This document shows positions 13,661 through 26,810 of a DNA stretch of 64,000 nucleotides, piece by piece (position 1 is the stretch's first letter; every line of letters starts with the position of its first letter). Source of the DNA: Paraspadella gotoi (lineage: Eukaryota > Animalia > Chaetognatha); contig JBJCIZ010000239.1 in the NCBI GenBank assembly GCA_051294375.1, forward strand, positions 4,072,402-4,136,401. The letters run 5' to 3'. The notes beneath the pieces were generated by a model, which searched no databases, was not told the origin of the DNA, and saw nothing but the letters and a program-made list of their open reading frames with translations. The position numbers and the translations under genes were made by a program.

Positions 13661-14707
13661 AAACTTTTTTTTCCAATCGTTTTTTTTTTCCCCTTATTTT
13701 CTAATATATTTCTTTTCATTTCGTTCCCTTTGTTAATTTCATTATTTAACGCAATAATATTTCCATAGATTAACGACTTTTTAATGGGAAAGCGCGACTC
13801 GGGGGGGGGGAACGATTCTTAAACGAACGCTAATTTTGTTTCAAGTTTCTTTTTAACCACGCTCTAACTCGTTTTTTTTTTATCATATAATTAAATAATT
13901 AATTAACTCATGATTAATAATCGAATATTATTTTTTTATTCGTTCAAATTTTTTCAAAACGTCGTGTAATTAACCTCGTTAAAGGAAACTCGGAAAACCT
14001 CTAACCGTCGGCGTTATATACTTATATATATATTTACATACTTATAAATCAATTTTTATCAAATTCATCGTTTATTACATTAAATTCATATAGATTTAGT
14101 ATGAAAAGGGGAGAAAGAGAGGGAAAAAAATACTTAATTCGGTTACTATGGGTTTTAAAAACTTGCTGTATATATAAATTGTTCATTATTTTTTTATCTT
14201 TGTCAATATTCCTTGTCTTTGTCATTATTTATTGTTTTTGTCATTATTACTCGTCGTTGTCACTTGTCAATATTATTTGTCGTTGTCATTACTCATTGTC
14301 CTCTACATTGTTCTTTGTCTTCGTCATCATTATTTTTGCCTTTGCTCTCTGTCATCAACGACATCGTCATTCTCTCGTCACGTACATCGATCTCTTTGTC
14401 AGCATCCATCACGACAACGACGACGAACGACGACAACGACGATGACGTCTCTCGACCCTAGAAAGTTGAACGGCATAATTGAGTTTGTAACAACAGCCTC
14501 TGCCATTTTGAACCTTTCAATTTTCCTCTCTTGCTTCTTGGCTTCCTGGGGCCTTTCTTCTTTTCTTTTCTTTTCTTTTCTTTTCTTTTCTTTTCTTTTC
14601 TTTTCTTTTCTTTTCTTTTCTTTTCTTTTCTTTTCTTTTTTGTCCCTATATTTCAATTTTTTTCATTTTTTCTTTCTCTCCATGTTTCTCTTTTTATTTT
14701 TCGGCCT

Positions 14708-14774
<67 letters not shown>

Positions 14775-14890
14775 CTCTTTATTTTTTTCTTTCTTTTTTA
14801 TTCCTCTCTTTCTTTTTAACCTTTTTCTCTCTTTCTCACCTTCTTTCACTATAACTTGTTTCTCATTTTCTTTCTCCTTTCCTATCTTTC

Positions 14891-14944
<54 letters not shown>

Positions 14945-15569
14945 CTCACTTTCCTTCTTCCCTTCTTTTCCTTCCATATTTCTTTCTGTCTTTCTTCCCC
15001 CCCCAAATTTTTCTATCTTTTTTCCAGTTTTCTTTCCATCTTTATCTTTCTTTCCCCCTCTTTCCATCACATAAACAACCTCCTTATGTCATAACTTCTT
15101 TCTTTCCCTCCACTTTTTCTATCTTTCTTCCCTTCACTCTATCTTTCTTCCCCTCTCTTTCTCTTCTTTCTTCCCCCTCTCTCTTTCCCCATTTTTCTAT
15201 GCTCACAACGCTGGAAAGCGTCTCTCACCTTTGTCCCAGTTTGCTAACCTTAAGCGACCCTTATTTTCTCCTAAATTCCCTCCCCATCTTTTTCTTTCTT
15301 TCCAACAAATATTTAAGTACATAGTTTATACTAATACACATATTAAGTTATATATATGCGATTTTATTCTAATACAAGCTGGTTGTTTCGGTACAATTAT
15401 AATCAACTACCATAGATTAAGTCCTTATTGGTTGATAGCTAAATTATACAAAACCTAGACCGTAATCATGTCAAAAATTTAATTCATCTGATGTACATAT
15501 AATATTATCGAAACATTTTTTGCGTTTTAATCTTGTAAAATCTCTCGGGGGGGGGGAATTGACCGTCGA

Positions 15570-15875
15570 TAATCACTAACCAATCAACTCACTAATTAAA
15601 TCGCCAATCAGCTTAACGATCAACTCTCAATTAACTCGCAAAATCTTTTGCTAATCAGCTCTCTACCTAACTCACAAATAAACTGGCAAATCAACTGAAA
15701 AATTAACTCTCCAATTTACTCGCCAATAAACTCTCTAATTAATTCTCCAATTAACTCGCCAATCAACTAAAAAATTACCTCTCAAATTAACTCCAAAATA
15801 AACTCTCTAATTAATCTTCCAATTAACTCGCCAATTAATTCAAAAATTAACCCCCCCAATTAACTCGCAAGTCAA
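15570..15875. repeat. Minisatellite of (c/t)aattaactcgc/ctc units (~12-13 bp)
   Basis: Repeated aattaactcgccaat / aactctctaattaa motifs. Confidence 0.75.
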
Positions 15876-15954
15876 TCAAGGAGCCCTTTTTAAACCGACA
15901 TTCGAACATCAGCATGGCCACAAGTCAGTTCATCCCTTTAAGAATAACCATTAA

Positions 15955-16562
15955 GGCGTAGTAAAATTTCTAAATTTAATTTAATTAAAATTATAAAGTG
16001 AGGAACGAACAACATTATATTAATGAACATTTATGTAATAAAAAAATTTTATAATAAATTTTACAATTTACGCAGTAGGCCATATTTATACTAGTACTAA
16101 ATCAATAAATGTTAAAATTTCAAAACAGTTTTTTCTAAAATTTTTTTGCAGATTTGGATTCGTCATAAAAAGTTGATAAAAAAAGAAATATAACTCTTTT
16201 TGAAAAAATTCCTTCATTAAGTGGGTCAAAAATTAGAAAAAGCTATATTTTAAGCTGAAAATTAATTTTTTATATATTAAATATAGTTTTTTCAATTTTT
16301 AACCCACTTAATGAAAGAATTTTTAAAAATGATTTCTATTTTCTTTATCAACTTTTGACGAGGAATTCAAATCTGCAATCAAAATTAAGAAAAGCTTATT
16401 TTGAAATTTTTCGATTTTATAAGGATAGTACTATATATAATATAGCCTACTGCGAAAATTAAAAAACATAAAACTTAATTTTTTTTACATAAATTAATGT
16501 TCATGATGGTATGTTGTTCATAATTGACTTTTAGAATTTCGTATGTAACTTTCACTACGGCC
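15955..16562. mobile_element. Foldback MITE with TTAA duplication (Kolobok-like termini)
   Basis: TTAA|GGCGTAGT ... ACTACGGCC|TTAA. Imperfect ~300-bp arms, e.g. cgcagtaggc/gcctactgcg and ttcattaagtggg/cccacttaatgaa. Confidence 0.8.
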
Positions 16563-16635
16563 TTAATTAACCATGCTCTCTTTCATCCGAATAAGACTCT
16601 CTCATTCGTCTCTCTCTCTCTCTTCTCTCTCTCTC

Positions 16636-16668
<33 letters not shown>

Positions 16669-17508
16669 GTCTCGCTCGAATTAAATTAATTTCATAATAT
16701 GATAATCTCGGGAGCCAAACGGTGAAACGACCTTGCGATATGAATTTACTTAGACGACAACGACGACGACGAAGACGACGACAAAGAAAATGACGGCGAC
16801 AACGACAACGACAACAACATAAAAAAAACCCGACCTAAAATGCATTTATATTTATTCAATTAGAAATAATATTAATGAAGAAATGTAAAGAAATATTATT
16901 TCAAAAAAAATATTTTGGAGCTTCTCTCTATTCGCAAAACAATTTCATTCCCTACATATGTACAAATGAAAAAAACTAGTATAAATGTAAGTTTAGATTT
17001 TTTTAGTATCAAAAATATGTAAAGTCTAAATATGAAAAATTAAAAATTAAAGCGAATAAATAAGACCAAATATAGAAGTTAATAGATAAAAATAGGCGAC
17101 AACAACAACAATAACAACAACAACAACAACAACAAAAACAACAACAACAACAACAACAGCAATTGTTAGGATTGTGGCGCCGGACACAACAGGGGAAGAA
17201 TATGAGGACGACGACGACGACAACGACGACAACAACAACGACCACGACCACAACGACGACAACGACGATGACGACGACGATCATCACGACGACGACAATA
17301 ACGACGACGACGACGACGACGACGACGACGTCAAGATTAAACTGGAAAATTTTGTCGCCCGAGAAAATCTGGCCAGAGGGCGAAAGGAACGACGAGTCAA
17401 AAAGCTTGCTTGGTAGAATATTAATGCTCTTTTTTTGCTTGCTTTTTTGACTTGCTTCATTTTTTGACAGCTTACTTTTCTGGTTTTTTTTCATTCTTTT
17501 TTTTCTTG

Positions 17509-17551
<43 letters not shown>

Positions 17552-17555
17552 TTTT

Positions 17556-17607
<52 letters not shown>

Positions 17608-17608
17608 T

Positions 17609-17639
<31 letters not shown>

Positions 17640-18196
17640 TTTATTCATTTATTTTTTCTTTCTTTCCTCTCTCCCTGGCTTTTCTTTCTTCCCTTTCTAA
17701 CCTTTTCTTTTCTCCCTTTCCTTTCTCCCTTTTCTTTTCTCTCTTTCCTCCCTTTCCTTTCCTCACTTTCTTTTCCTCTCTTTCTATTCCTATCTTTCCT
17801 TTCCTCCCTTTCCTCTCTTCCCTTTCCTATCCTCCCTTTCCCTTCCTCTCTTTCCCTTCCTCTCTTTCTATTCCTCCCTTTTCTTTTCTCCCTTTCCTTT
17901 CCTCCCTTTCCTTTCCTCCCTTTTCTTTGCTCCCTTTTCTATTCTCCCTTTCCTTTCCTCCCTTTCCATTCCTCCCTTTCCTTTTCTCCCTTTCCTTTTC
18001 TCGCTTTCCTTTCCTCCCTTTCCTTTCCTCTTTTTCCAGTCCTCTAATTCTTGTTCCTTCCTTCCTTCTTTCAAATATTAGATTAAGGAGATTTTCGGTT
18101 TTAGCGTTTTCCTTTTTTTGTTTCCAGAATGTTGATAATTGTCGGGGGAAAAAACCGGCGTATTTGTAGAGATAGTTAAGAGGGGAAGACTGAGAG

Positions 18197-18246
<50 letters not shown>

Positions 18247-18754
18247 GCAGATGAGAGAGGAGAGAGAGAGAGAGAAAGAATCAAAACTAAGTGAGGGGTA
18301 AGGGATAAGGATTAGGTAAGAGTTTTCGGTTATTTAATCGGGATTAGCGTTAGGGGAATATGGATTACAGTTTTGGGTTAAGGATTAAGATTTAGGATTT
18401 GGTTGAGCATTTAAGAGTTAGATCTAATATCTATAGATATTAGGGTTAAAATTATCAGGGGGGCGCTTTTAGCAAACAGTGCCGCGAGGGGGAAAAAAAG
18501 GGAAGATTAAGCTAAAGAATTAGGAGGGAAATTAGAGAAGAAGAAAAAAGGCGAGAAAGGACAATTGAGAAAACGAGTTTGTCGGAGGAAGAGGGAAAAA
18601 AGAAAAAGAGACAAAAGAGGAAATATTTTGGAAACAAGACAACAAAAAAGAAGAACATTAAAAGAAAATAATTAGAAAAAAAGTGGGTATGAAAAACATT
18701 GAGAAAATTATAAGCGAAAATAATATAATAATAAAAAATAATATAACGACATAA

Positions 18755-19003
18755 TAAGCTTATCCAAAGTTAGGGGCAAGATTGCTTGTTTATTAAATGA
18801 ATGGGTAATTTTTATATGGTTGTACCAATTTCATAAAAAAAAAAGAGTTAAATAAAATTGGTACAATCAAAATAAATATTATCCATTCATTTAAAATATA
18901 AGCTATCTTGCCGCTAACTTTGGACAGGCTTTGGTGGTTTAAGGCCTCCATCACTCTTACAAAATAATGACATAGCGGTTCCCTGCAAGCTTTCAATTAA
19001 GCC
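18755..19003. mobile_element. Two family A fragments, tail-to-tail (+ 18755-18840; - 18853-19003)
   Basis: ttgtaccaatttcat(A)n is followed by aaattggtacaa...ctttggacaggctttggtggtttaaggcctccatcactcttac. Confidence 0.75.
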
Positions 19004-19719
19004 TGTAATTTTTATGATGAGAAAAATGAACATGTACAAAAAAAATATTAACATGAACGAGCACTGTGAAAATGAGGATCGGACAATTAAATATCAAGTA
19101 CGATATAATATAGTTTTCTAATCTTCATTCATTGATCGAATGGATAATTCTTTTTATTGCTTGTACCAACTTCCATGTGAACAATGAAAAAAAAATCGCA
19201 TTGAGCTATTTTTAAAGTTCATGTATCTGGCAAACTCCTCCTTTTCCTCCTCCTCCTCTCCCTCCTCCTCCTCCTCCTCTTCCTCCTCCTCATCTTTAAG
19301 ATTTCCTTCCCGCAATTTAGCGTCTAGACTCTCTTGACATTTTTGGGTCAAAATTTCTCTTTGAAAATTAATTTCGAGAAGACGACAAGAGTCTTTCGGG
19401 TAGGGAGAATGGGGGAGAGGGGAGAGTGGGGAGGGAAAGAAATAGGGGTAACGGGAGAGAGGGTAGAGGGGGGGGGGAGGGAGAGAGAGAGGTAAAAGGT
19501 AGAGAGAGGGAGATGGAGGGGGAGTGAAGAGAGAGAATTGGGAATGGGTAAGGGAAGACCAAGTTTGAGAAAACAATGACGGAGCTGGCCACGAACGTCA
19601 GCGGAAAGCAGCCGATCAATTAATTAATTAATAAAATATTGAATTGATTAATCGATTAATTATTTTCTGTTCCTTTCCGTTATTTTCTGTTCCTTTCCTT
19701 TAGTTTATTTTCCTTTATT

Positions 19720-20040
19720 TTATTTTCCTTTCTTTTATTTTCATTTTCTTTACTTTATTTTCTTTTCCTTTTCTTTATTTTCTTTTCCTTTCTTTTATTT
19801 TCTTTTCCTTCCTCTATTTTCTTTTCATTTCCTTTATTTTCTTTTCCTTTCTTTTATTTTCTCTTCCTCTATTTTCTTTTCCTTTCCTTTATTTTCTTTT
19901 CCTTTCTTTTATTTTCTCTTCCTCTATTTTCTTTTCCTTTCCTTTATTTTCTTTTCCTCTCCTCTATTTTCTCTTCCTTCCTCTATTTTCTTTTCCTCTC
20001 CTCTATTTTCTCTTCCTTCCTCTATTTTCTTTTCCTTCCT
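19720..20040. repeat. Pyrimidine minisatellite (~20-bp unit)
   Basis: Repeated tattttcttttcct(t/c)tc. Confidence 0.8.
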
Positions 20041-20144
20041 TTAGCCGATGCTCGAAAGGTTTCCTCCTTTTCTCTCAGACGACAAGGCCAAACATCCATG
20101 GATGAAGTGGAAGGCGTAACGAGAGCCTTTGTGACATATAAGCC

Positions 20145-20210
20145 AGTGATAAAGCCGGTGATAAGTCTGTGATAAAGCCAGTGATAAGTCTGTGATAAAG
20201 CCGATGATAC
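20145..20210. repeat. Short gtgataa-core tandem repeat
   Basis: gtgataaagccg gtgataagtct gtgataaagcca gtgataagtct gtgataaagcc. Confidence 0.8.
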
Positions 20211-20329
20211 GCGGAAATATTGGAACGCGAAGCGAGTGATATAGTCCGCTGATAAGAGGAATCCTCTTCAAAAAAAAAATTAGTTCTGGCTATTGATAAT
20301 AAAGAGAGAGAGAGGAGAGAGAGAGAGAG

Positions 20330-20381
<52 letters not shown>

Positions 20382-20973
20382 GAGAGAGACGAGAACAGAG
20401 AGGAGTCTGTGCGTCGTTTCCGTTACGGAATCTCATCAACGGTCAAGGCTGCAGAATCACCTCATTGTCCAGATAGTTTTAGATTATCCTTTCTATTTGA
20501 CGCGAGATCAAATATATATTGTTCATATTTTTTTGACATGACTTTTAGTTTCATAACATTATATTTTGTTCATAATGAAAACCATACGAAAAAAAAGCTA
20601 CAATTAATTTTAGTCTTTCCTAAACTTTTTTTTTTCGTCGATGTACACAACAAGAAGCATATAACAAATTACTTTTTTCCTTTTTACTTTTTCCTTTTTT
20701 CTATAAGTCCTTTCCTTTTTTCCCCTTTCTCATCTTCCTTTTTTTTATTTTTCCTTTTCTCATCTTCTTTTTTTACTTTTTTCCCCTTCTTTCTTATTTT
20801 CCTTTTTTTCCTTTTTTCCCTTCTTCCTTCTTCCAGGATCGCCGCTGCCAAAGATTCCTTTGCGTCTCGTTTCTTCTCTTTACCTGCGAGACGACGATTT
20901 CGCGTCTCTCTCTCTCTCTCTCTCTCTCGTCCTCTCTACTCGTTGCTCTCTCCTCTGCTCATGATCTCTCGCT

Positions 20974-21010
<37 letters not shown>

Positions 21011-21256
21011 AAGTTCCCCGTCTAATTAACTTTGGGTGCTTTATCTTCTTTTGGGGGATTGAAGATTCCGATATGCCCTTCAGTCGTGATGTCATTTTTT
21101 TAATGTGGGCGCAATCTCGATTATTTGATTTAAAACCCTATTTATAGATATTTATTTATATTTTGATTCTAGTGCAACGTACATTATAGTATTTTTCAAT
21201 CTGATACTTTAAGGAATGGTCCATACATTGGTCCTTACGTGACTTATACATTCTAC

Positions 21257-21390
21257 GAAGGTACTCTGGGAGTGAATAAACGAGGCTGGGAGTCTTAATT
21301 GAAAGCTTGCTATGTCATTATCTTGTAACTTGTAAGAGGGAAAGATGTCCTAACCAACAAAAGCCTCTCGTTTTACCAATTTCATTTATT
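21257..21390 (+). mobile_element. Family A fragment, internally deleted
   Basis: ggtactctgggagtgaataaacgagg...gaaagcttgctatgtcattatcttgtaa...taccaatttcat. Confidence 0.7.
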
Positions 21391-21675
21391 GATAAGCCGA
21401 CATTTGTTTATCGAGCGCGGTAAATCCAACTAATTAATTAATTGAAAAAACAAAACAAAAACAAATTCCTCAAGCGACTTTTTAATTAATGAATTAATGA
21501 ATTAAATATTTAATCAACCAATTGTGTTTTTTAATCAATCATTTATCGATCAATTAATAAATCAATCTCTCGGTCATTAAATTAATGAAATATTGAAATA
21601 ATTTATTAATTATTAAAAATAGTTATTTTCCTAAACAAGATCATTCATCATTCTCTCTCTATCTGCTATTCTCCT

Positions 21676-21709
<34 letters not shown>

Positions 21710-22599
21710 TTCTCATCCTCTCTCTCTATCGCATCTTCTCAGTCTCTCTCTCTCTCTGCTCTCGNNNNNNNNNNNNNNNNNNNNNNNNNNNNNNNNNNNN
21801 NNNNNNNNNNNNNNNNNNNNNNNNNNNNNNNNNNNNNNNNNNNNNNNNNNNNNNNNNNNNNNNNNNNNNNNNNNNNNNNNNNNNNNNNNNNNNNNNNNNN
21901 NNNNNNNNNNNNNNNNNNNNNNNNNNNNNNNNNNNNNNNNNNNNNNNNNNNNNNNNNNNNNNNNNNNNNNNNNNNNNNNNNNNNNNNNNNNNNNNNNNNN
22001 NNNNNNNNNNNNNNNNNNNNNNNNNNNNNNNNNNNNNNNNNNNNNNNNNNNNNNNNNNNNNNNNNNNNNNNNNNNNNNNNNNNNNNNNNNNNNNNNNNNN
22101 NNNNNNNNNNNNNNNNNNNNNNNNNNNNNNNNNNNNNNNNNNNNNNNNNNNNNNNNNNNNNNNNNNNNNNNNNNNNNNNNNNNNNNNNNNNNNNNNNNNN
22201 NNNNNNNNNNNNNNNNNNNNNNNNNNNNNNNNNNNNNNNNNNNNNNNNNNNNNNNNNNNNNNNNNNNNNNNNNNNNNNNNNNNNNNNNNNNNNNNNNNNN
22301 NNNNNNNNNNNNNNNNNNNNNNNNNNNNNNNNNNNNNNNNNNNNNNNNNNNNNNNNNNNNNNNNNNNNNNNNNNNNNNNNNNNNNNNNNNNNNNNNNNNN
22401 NNNNNNNNNNNNNNNNNNNNNNNNNNNNNNNNNNNNNNNNNNNNNNNNNNNNNGAGAGAAAAGATTTATTATCAAAATTTGGCTCTCTACTCCAAAAGTA
22501 ATCTATTTTCGTTTCGGTTTTTCCTTTAATATACCTTAACTCTTTCACTAACTCTTTTCACTAAACTTTAGTTTAACTTTAGTTTAACCCTAACAATTA

Positions 22600-22899
22600 A
22601 CCTAATCACAAACCATTATCCCTAACTTAATCCCTAACCCTAACCTGTAACCGAACTTTAAAAATTAGTTTTATTCCGAATACAACATGAAAAGCGTCAT
22701 TTTAGGAAAATAAGACATGAAAAGGTAGATAAAGTTGAAATAGGGATGTACATTTACTGAGCGAATTTGAAAAGCGTCGTTTTAGGAAAATAAGACATGA
22801 AAAAGTAGATAAAGATGAAATAGGGATGTACATTTACTGTGCGAATTTGATTGACCGAAAAATAGAGAGGAAGAGCCTCAACGAGAAACAAAAATACGA

Positions 22900-22934
<35 letters not shown>

Positions 22935-23380
22935 NNNNNNNNNNNNNNNNNNNNNNNNNNNNNNNNNNNNNNNNNNNNNNNNNNNNNNNNNNNNNNNNNN
23001 NNNNNNNNNNNNNNNNNNNNNNNNNNNNNNNNNNNNNNNNNNNNNNNNNNNNNNNNNNNNNNNNNNNNNNNNNNNNNNNNNNNNNNNNNNNNNNNNNNNN
23101 NNNNGAACATTTTCGATTGCGGGTTTTCTCTTTCATGCGGGTTCATCATTCTTGTTGTTGTTTTTGTTATTGTTATTATTGTTGTTTTGTTGTTGTAACT
23201 TTTATATTTTTTGTTAATATCTTTAGAGTCCGTTGATTTGAACGAGTCGTGAAGATAAAAGTATAATAATTAAACCAAAATAGATTAGAAGAAAAAAAAA
23301 TATTAAAAAAAGTGGAAGAAAATAATTCACGATCAAGATCTCGGAATCTAAAACCGGAGACTCCTAAAAATGGAATAAAT

Positions 23381-23415
<35 letters not shown>

Positions 23416-24286
23416 NNNNNNNNNNNNNNNNNNNNNNNNNGATTTTTTTTGGTGGCGGGGAAAAACCTCGGTTTCCGAGGGAGAGAGAGAGATTGCAGAG
23501 ACGAAGAGGAGAGAAGAAAGAGAGAGATTGAGAGAAGGATAGAAGAGAGATGAGAGAGAGAGAGAGAGAGAGATGAAAGAGAATGAGGATTTAGTTTCCA
23601 TAGACTGATGATTTCGAATTGGTGGGAAAGAGATTGAGGGAGACAAGAGAGGAGTAAGAGAGACGCAGGGAAGAGAGAGGGAGAGATAGAGAGAGACAGA
23701 GAGAGAGAGAGAGTATGAGAGAGAAGGAGAGAGTATCGAGAGCAAGAAGAGAGTAGAGATTATTATATTTTCCAGATGTTTAGGAGTTGCGTCCGGCTTT
23801 TAGATTCCGAGATCTTATGATGCGTGGAATTATTGTCTTTTACCTTCCACGGGTTTTTTATTTAATATCTTTATTTTTTCTTCTTAATACATATTTTTTG
23901 GTTTATATTACATATATCACTTCTATCTTCAACGAGGTGGCGTTTTCAAGTATGCACGCGGACCTGCTCAAAGGATAGTTAACCTACAAAAATATACAAA
24001 AGCTTACACTAACACACAAAACAAGCAATAAATAGACAATGGGGACGAGAAAAGCAAGCCAACAAGACATATGGGAATGAACTCCCAGCATGAAAGAGTT
24101 ATTAGAACTATACCGCCGGCTTATGAGCTCGCGCGGCACGGAGTTTAAGCTCGCGAAACCATGGTGGTCGGCACGTTGATTGGCTTTCTTTGGCTTGTGA
24201 TTATTTCGATCGGCCATTCGGGTCGCCCACTTCGACGGGGACGAAGGTCCGGAGGTCCTTGCGGCGCCGGTGGAGGAAAGTGAGAG

Positions 24287-24329
<43 letters not shown>

Positions 24330-24790
24330 AGAGAAGAGAGATTAGAGAGATAGACAAGAAGAAGGTACGACTAGAGAGATTAGAAGAGAGACTCGTTGAT
24401 GTTTTAGGTGTGTTTCTCGTTGAGGCTCTGTGCCTTTCTGTGATTTGATTTTTCGGGGGATCCAATCAAATTCGGGCACAGGGTAAAATGTACTACCTCT
24501 ATTCATCTGCTTTATATGCCTAGCTTTTTTTCATGTCCTTATTTTGCCGTAAGATACAGACGCTCTTTCTAAAGATTCGGCATCAGCGGTAGAACCGTGG
24601 TAGACGATCCGCTATATTCACTCATTGATCGCTACCGTTTGGTATAGTCGGGTTGATTCCTAAGAATGAGCCCGCTTTTTGGTCAGGAGGTGTTGCTATT
24701 ACGGACATAGGAAACTCACATCTTTTAAGAGGTTGCGAGCTTAGGCACGGTTAGACGCCGTTAGGAGGGAATTTAATCATTTGCATATTG
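22600..24790. other. Foldback centred on the 25-N gap at 23416-23440; probable assembly artefact
   Basis: 23760-24100 is the insertion-laden reverse complement of 23105-23385 (aagatctcggaatctaaa / tttagattccgagatctt). 24390-24790 mirrors 22600-22900. Confidence 0.85.
22689..22848. repeat. 79-bp tandem duplication (x2)
   Basis: tgaaaagcgtc..tttaggaaaataagacatg...gatgtacatttactg.gcgaatt starts at 22689 and 22768. Confidence 0.85.
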
Positions 24791-25009
24791 GGATTTTTTT
24801 TCTCTCTTCGTCGTCGACGAAATCCGTCGACGTTTAACCTTTAAAATAATTACAATAAATGTAAAAATTAACTAATTTAGCTTATGAGTAGGCTATTTGG
24901 CTCCTGACCTAATACAAAAAAAGTGGGTTAAAAAAATAGCGGATCCGTGACTCGGGCAACTTTCTCAGCAGCACGGAATCCCGGCTGACCATTGGCCGGT
25001 GCAATTGGT

Positions 25010-25105
25010 CGTTTGACCAATGAGGGAGTCTCTTGTAATTTCGTTTGACCAATGAGAGAGTCTCTTGTAATTTCGTTTGACCAATGAGAGAGCCTCTTGT
25101 AATTT
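25010..25105. repeat. 32-bp tandem repeat (x3)
   Basis: cgtttgaccaatgagagagtctcttgtaattt at 25010, 25042 and 25074, head-to-tail with no spacers. Confidence 0.9.
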
Positions 25106-25139
25106 ATTCTCGCGAACGATCCGATTTCGGCTTTAAGTA

Positions 25140-25600
25140 GGGGTAGCCGCACTCAATTGGGTTAGTCAAAAATTTAGAGTGAGTACATGCTCAAACGAAT
25201 ATTTAGACATTTTTAAGAATACTTTCAATGGACAAAAAATTTCTAATATGGCTCTATACCCTAGTAATTAATTTTGTAATATTTATTTATAGATAGGAAA
25301 GGCAAAAAATTTTTATTTGAATTTTTAAATTTTAAGACCAGATTCAGATAGCTTATAAAAAGTTGTCTACACAGAGTATGTTTCTTTTTTAAATATTTTT
25401 ACGATAAGTGTGTCAAAAATAAGAAAAACTGTAAAAAATCATCATCATCATCATCTTTTGATGATTTTATCAGTTTTTTTTATATTTTCACTTAGAAAAC
25501 GTAATAATTTTTAAAATCAGTAATTATATTTCTCGTTTAACTTTTTATGCTCTATCAGAATCCATCAAAAATTTTTTATATTTTAAAAAAATATTTTTTG
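25140..25600 (+). mobile_element. Family C repeat (Helitron/Helentron-like), 5' and middle part with (ATC)n
   Basis: Reverse complement of ~32990-33420, e.g. agtaattaattttgtaatatttatttatagataggaaa and gctctatcagaatc. Confidence 0.65.
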
Positions 25601-26071
25601 CTCTATATAGTAATATAATATTTTTAATTAGGCTAGTACCCACAGAAAAAAACATTTTTGATAAAAAATATTTTAATACCATAATCTATGGTCATGATAG
25701 AAGAAAGCATTTTTGACAAAAAATATTTTAATACCATAATCTATGGTCATGATAGATTATTTTAACGCAGTATACATTAGCATTTAAATTTCATCGGCTA
25801 TGGCTACTTTAAGGTTCGATTCCTCTGCGATTCTTTCTTTTCTTATTTTTTTCTTTCTTCCTCTCTCTCTTTTTCTCTACTCTCTCTCTCGTCGTCTCTC
25901 CTCGTCCGTCTTCTCTCGTCTCTCTCTCTCTCTCTCTCTCTGTGTTTTGTGTGTGTTTTGTAGTTGCTGATCGGCGATGTATTTTTCGGCGTCGTCGTCA
26001 TCGTGGTCGTCGTCATTTCATCGGCCTTTGGCATATTTTGTATCGAGTGATAAATAAGTCTCTGTCAAAAT

Positions 26072-26129
<58 letters not shown>

Positions 26130-26300
26130 AAGAGAGAGTGGAAAAGAGTGCGTGTGTGTGAGTGTTAGAATGAAGTTAACGTTCAAAATTTCAATAAATA
26201 AATAAGTTTTTCATAATTCCGAAAATCTAAAGAGCAATGGTCATTTTTTTTGTTTACTTTCTTTCTTTCTTTCTTTCTATCTTTCTTTCCTTCCTTTTTT

Positions 26301-26352
<52 letters not shown>

Positions 26353-26611
26353 TCCTTCCTTTTTGTCTTTTTTTCTTTCTTTCTTTCTTTCTCCCCAATC
26401 AATATTTTTCCAACTTCGTCTTTTGTTTTATCCAATTTGTTTTTTCTTCGCCTCATTTGCCGTCATAAAAATAAAACGGGAAGATAAAACAGAAAATAAA
26501 ATTTAAAAAAAAAATAAAAAAATAAAATGAAGAAAATGATAAAAAAATGAAGAAAATATAATGAAGAAATAAAATAGAATAAACGAAATAATACTTAAGG
26601 GTGTGGTCTTT

Positions 26612-26810
26612 TCATACAATTGAAACATTCTTTGAAATATTATACCACTTCATTGATAGGGAAGACAAATACTCTGAGAGTAAATAAACGAGACTGTGAG
26701 AGAGTCTTTGATTGAAAGCTTGCAAGGACCTGCTATGTCACTGTCTTGTAAGAGGGATAGATGTCTTAACCAACCAAAGCCTGTCCAAAGTCAGGGGCGA
26801 GATTATCTTA
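26612..26810 (+). mobile_element. Family A copy including its 5' portion
   Basis: caattgaaacattctttgaaatattataccacttcattgataggg...ttgattgaaagcttgcaaggacctgctatgtc...cctgtccaaagtcagggg. Confidence 0.75.

Noticed and set aside
23984-24280. Complex-looking minus-strand ORF (MADRNNHKPKK…)
   Set aside because: It lies in the insertion-laden inverted copy of ~22935-23415, so the apparent complexity comes from read errors.
25010-25105. CRISPR-like 32-bp repeats
   Set aside because: Head-to-tail with no spacers, no cas genes, eukaryotic context.
25805-25830. GGTTCGATTCC B-box suggesting a tRNA
   Set aside because: No cloverleaf or A box around it.
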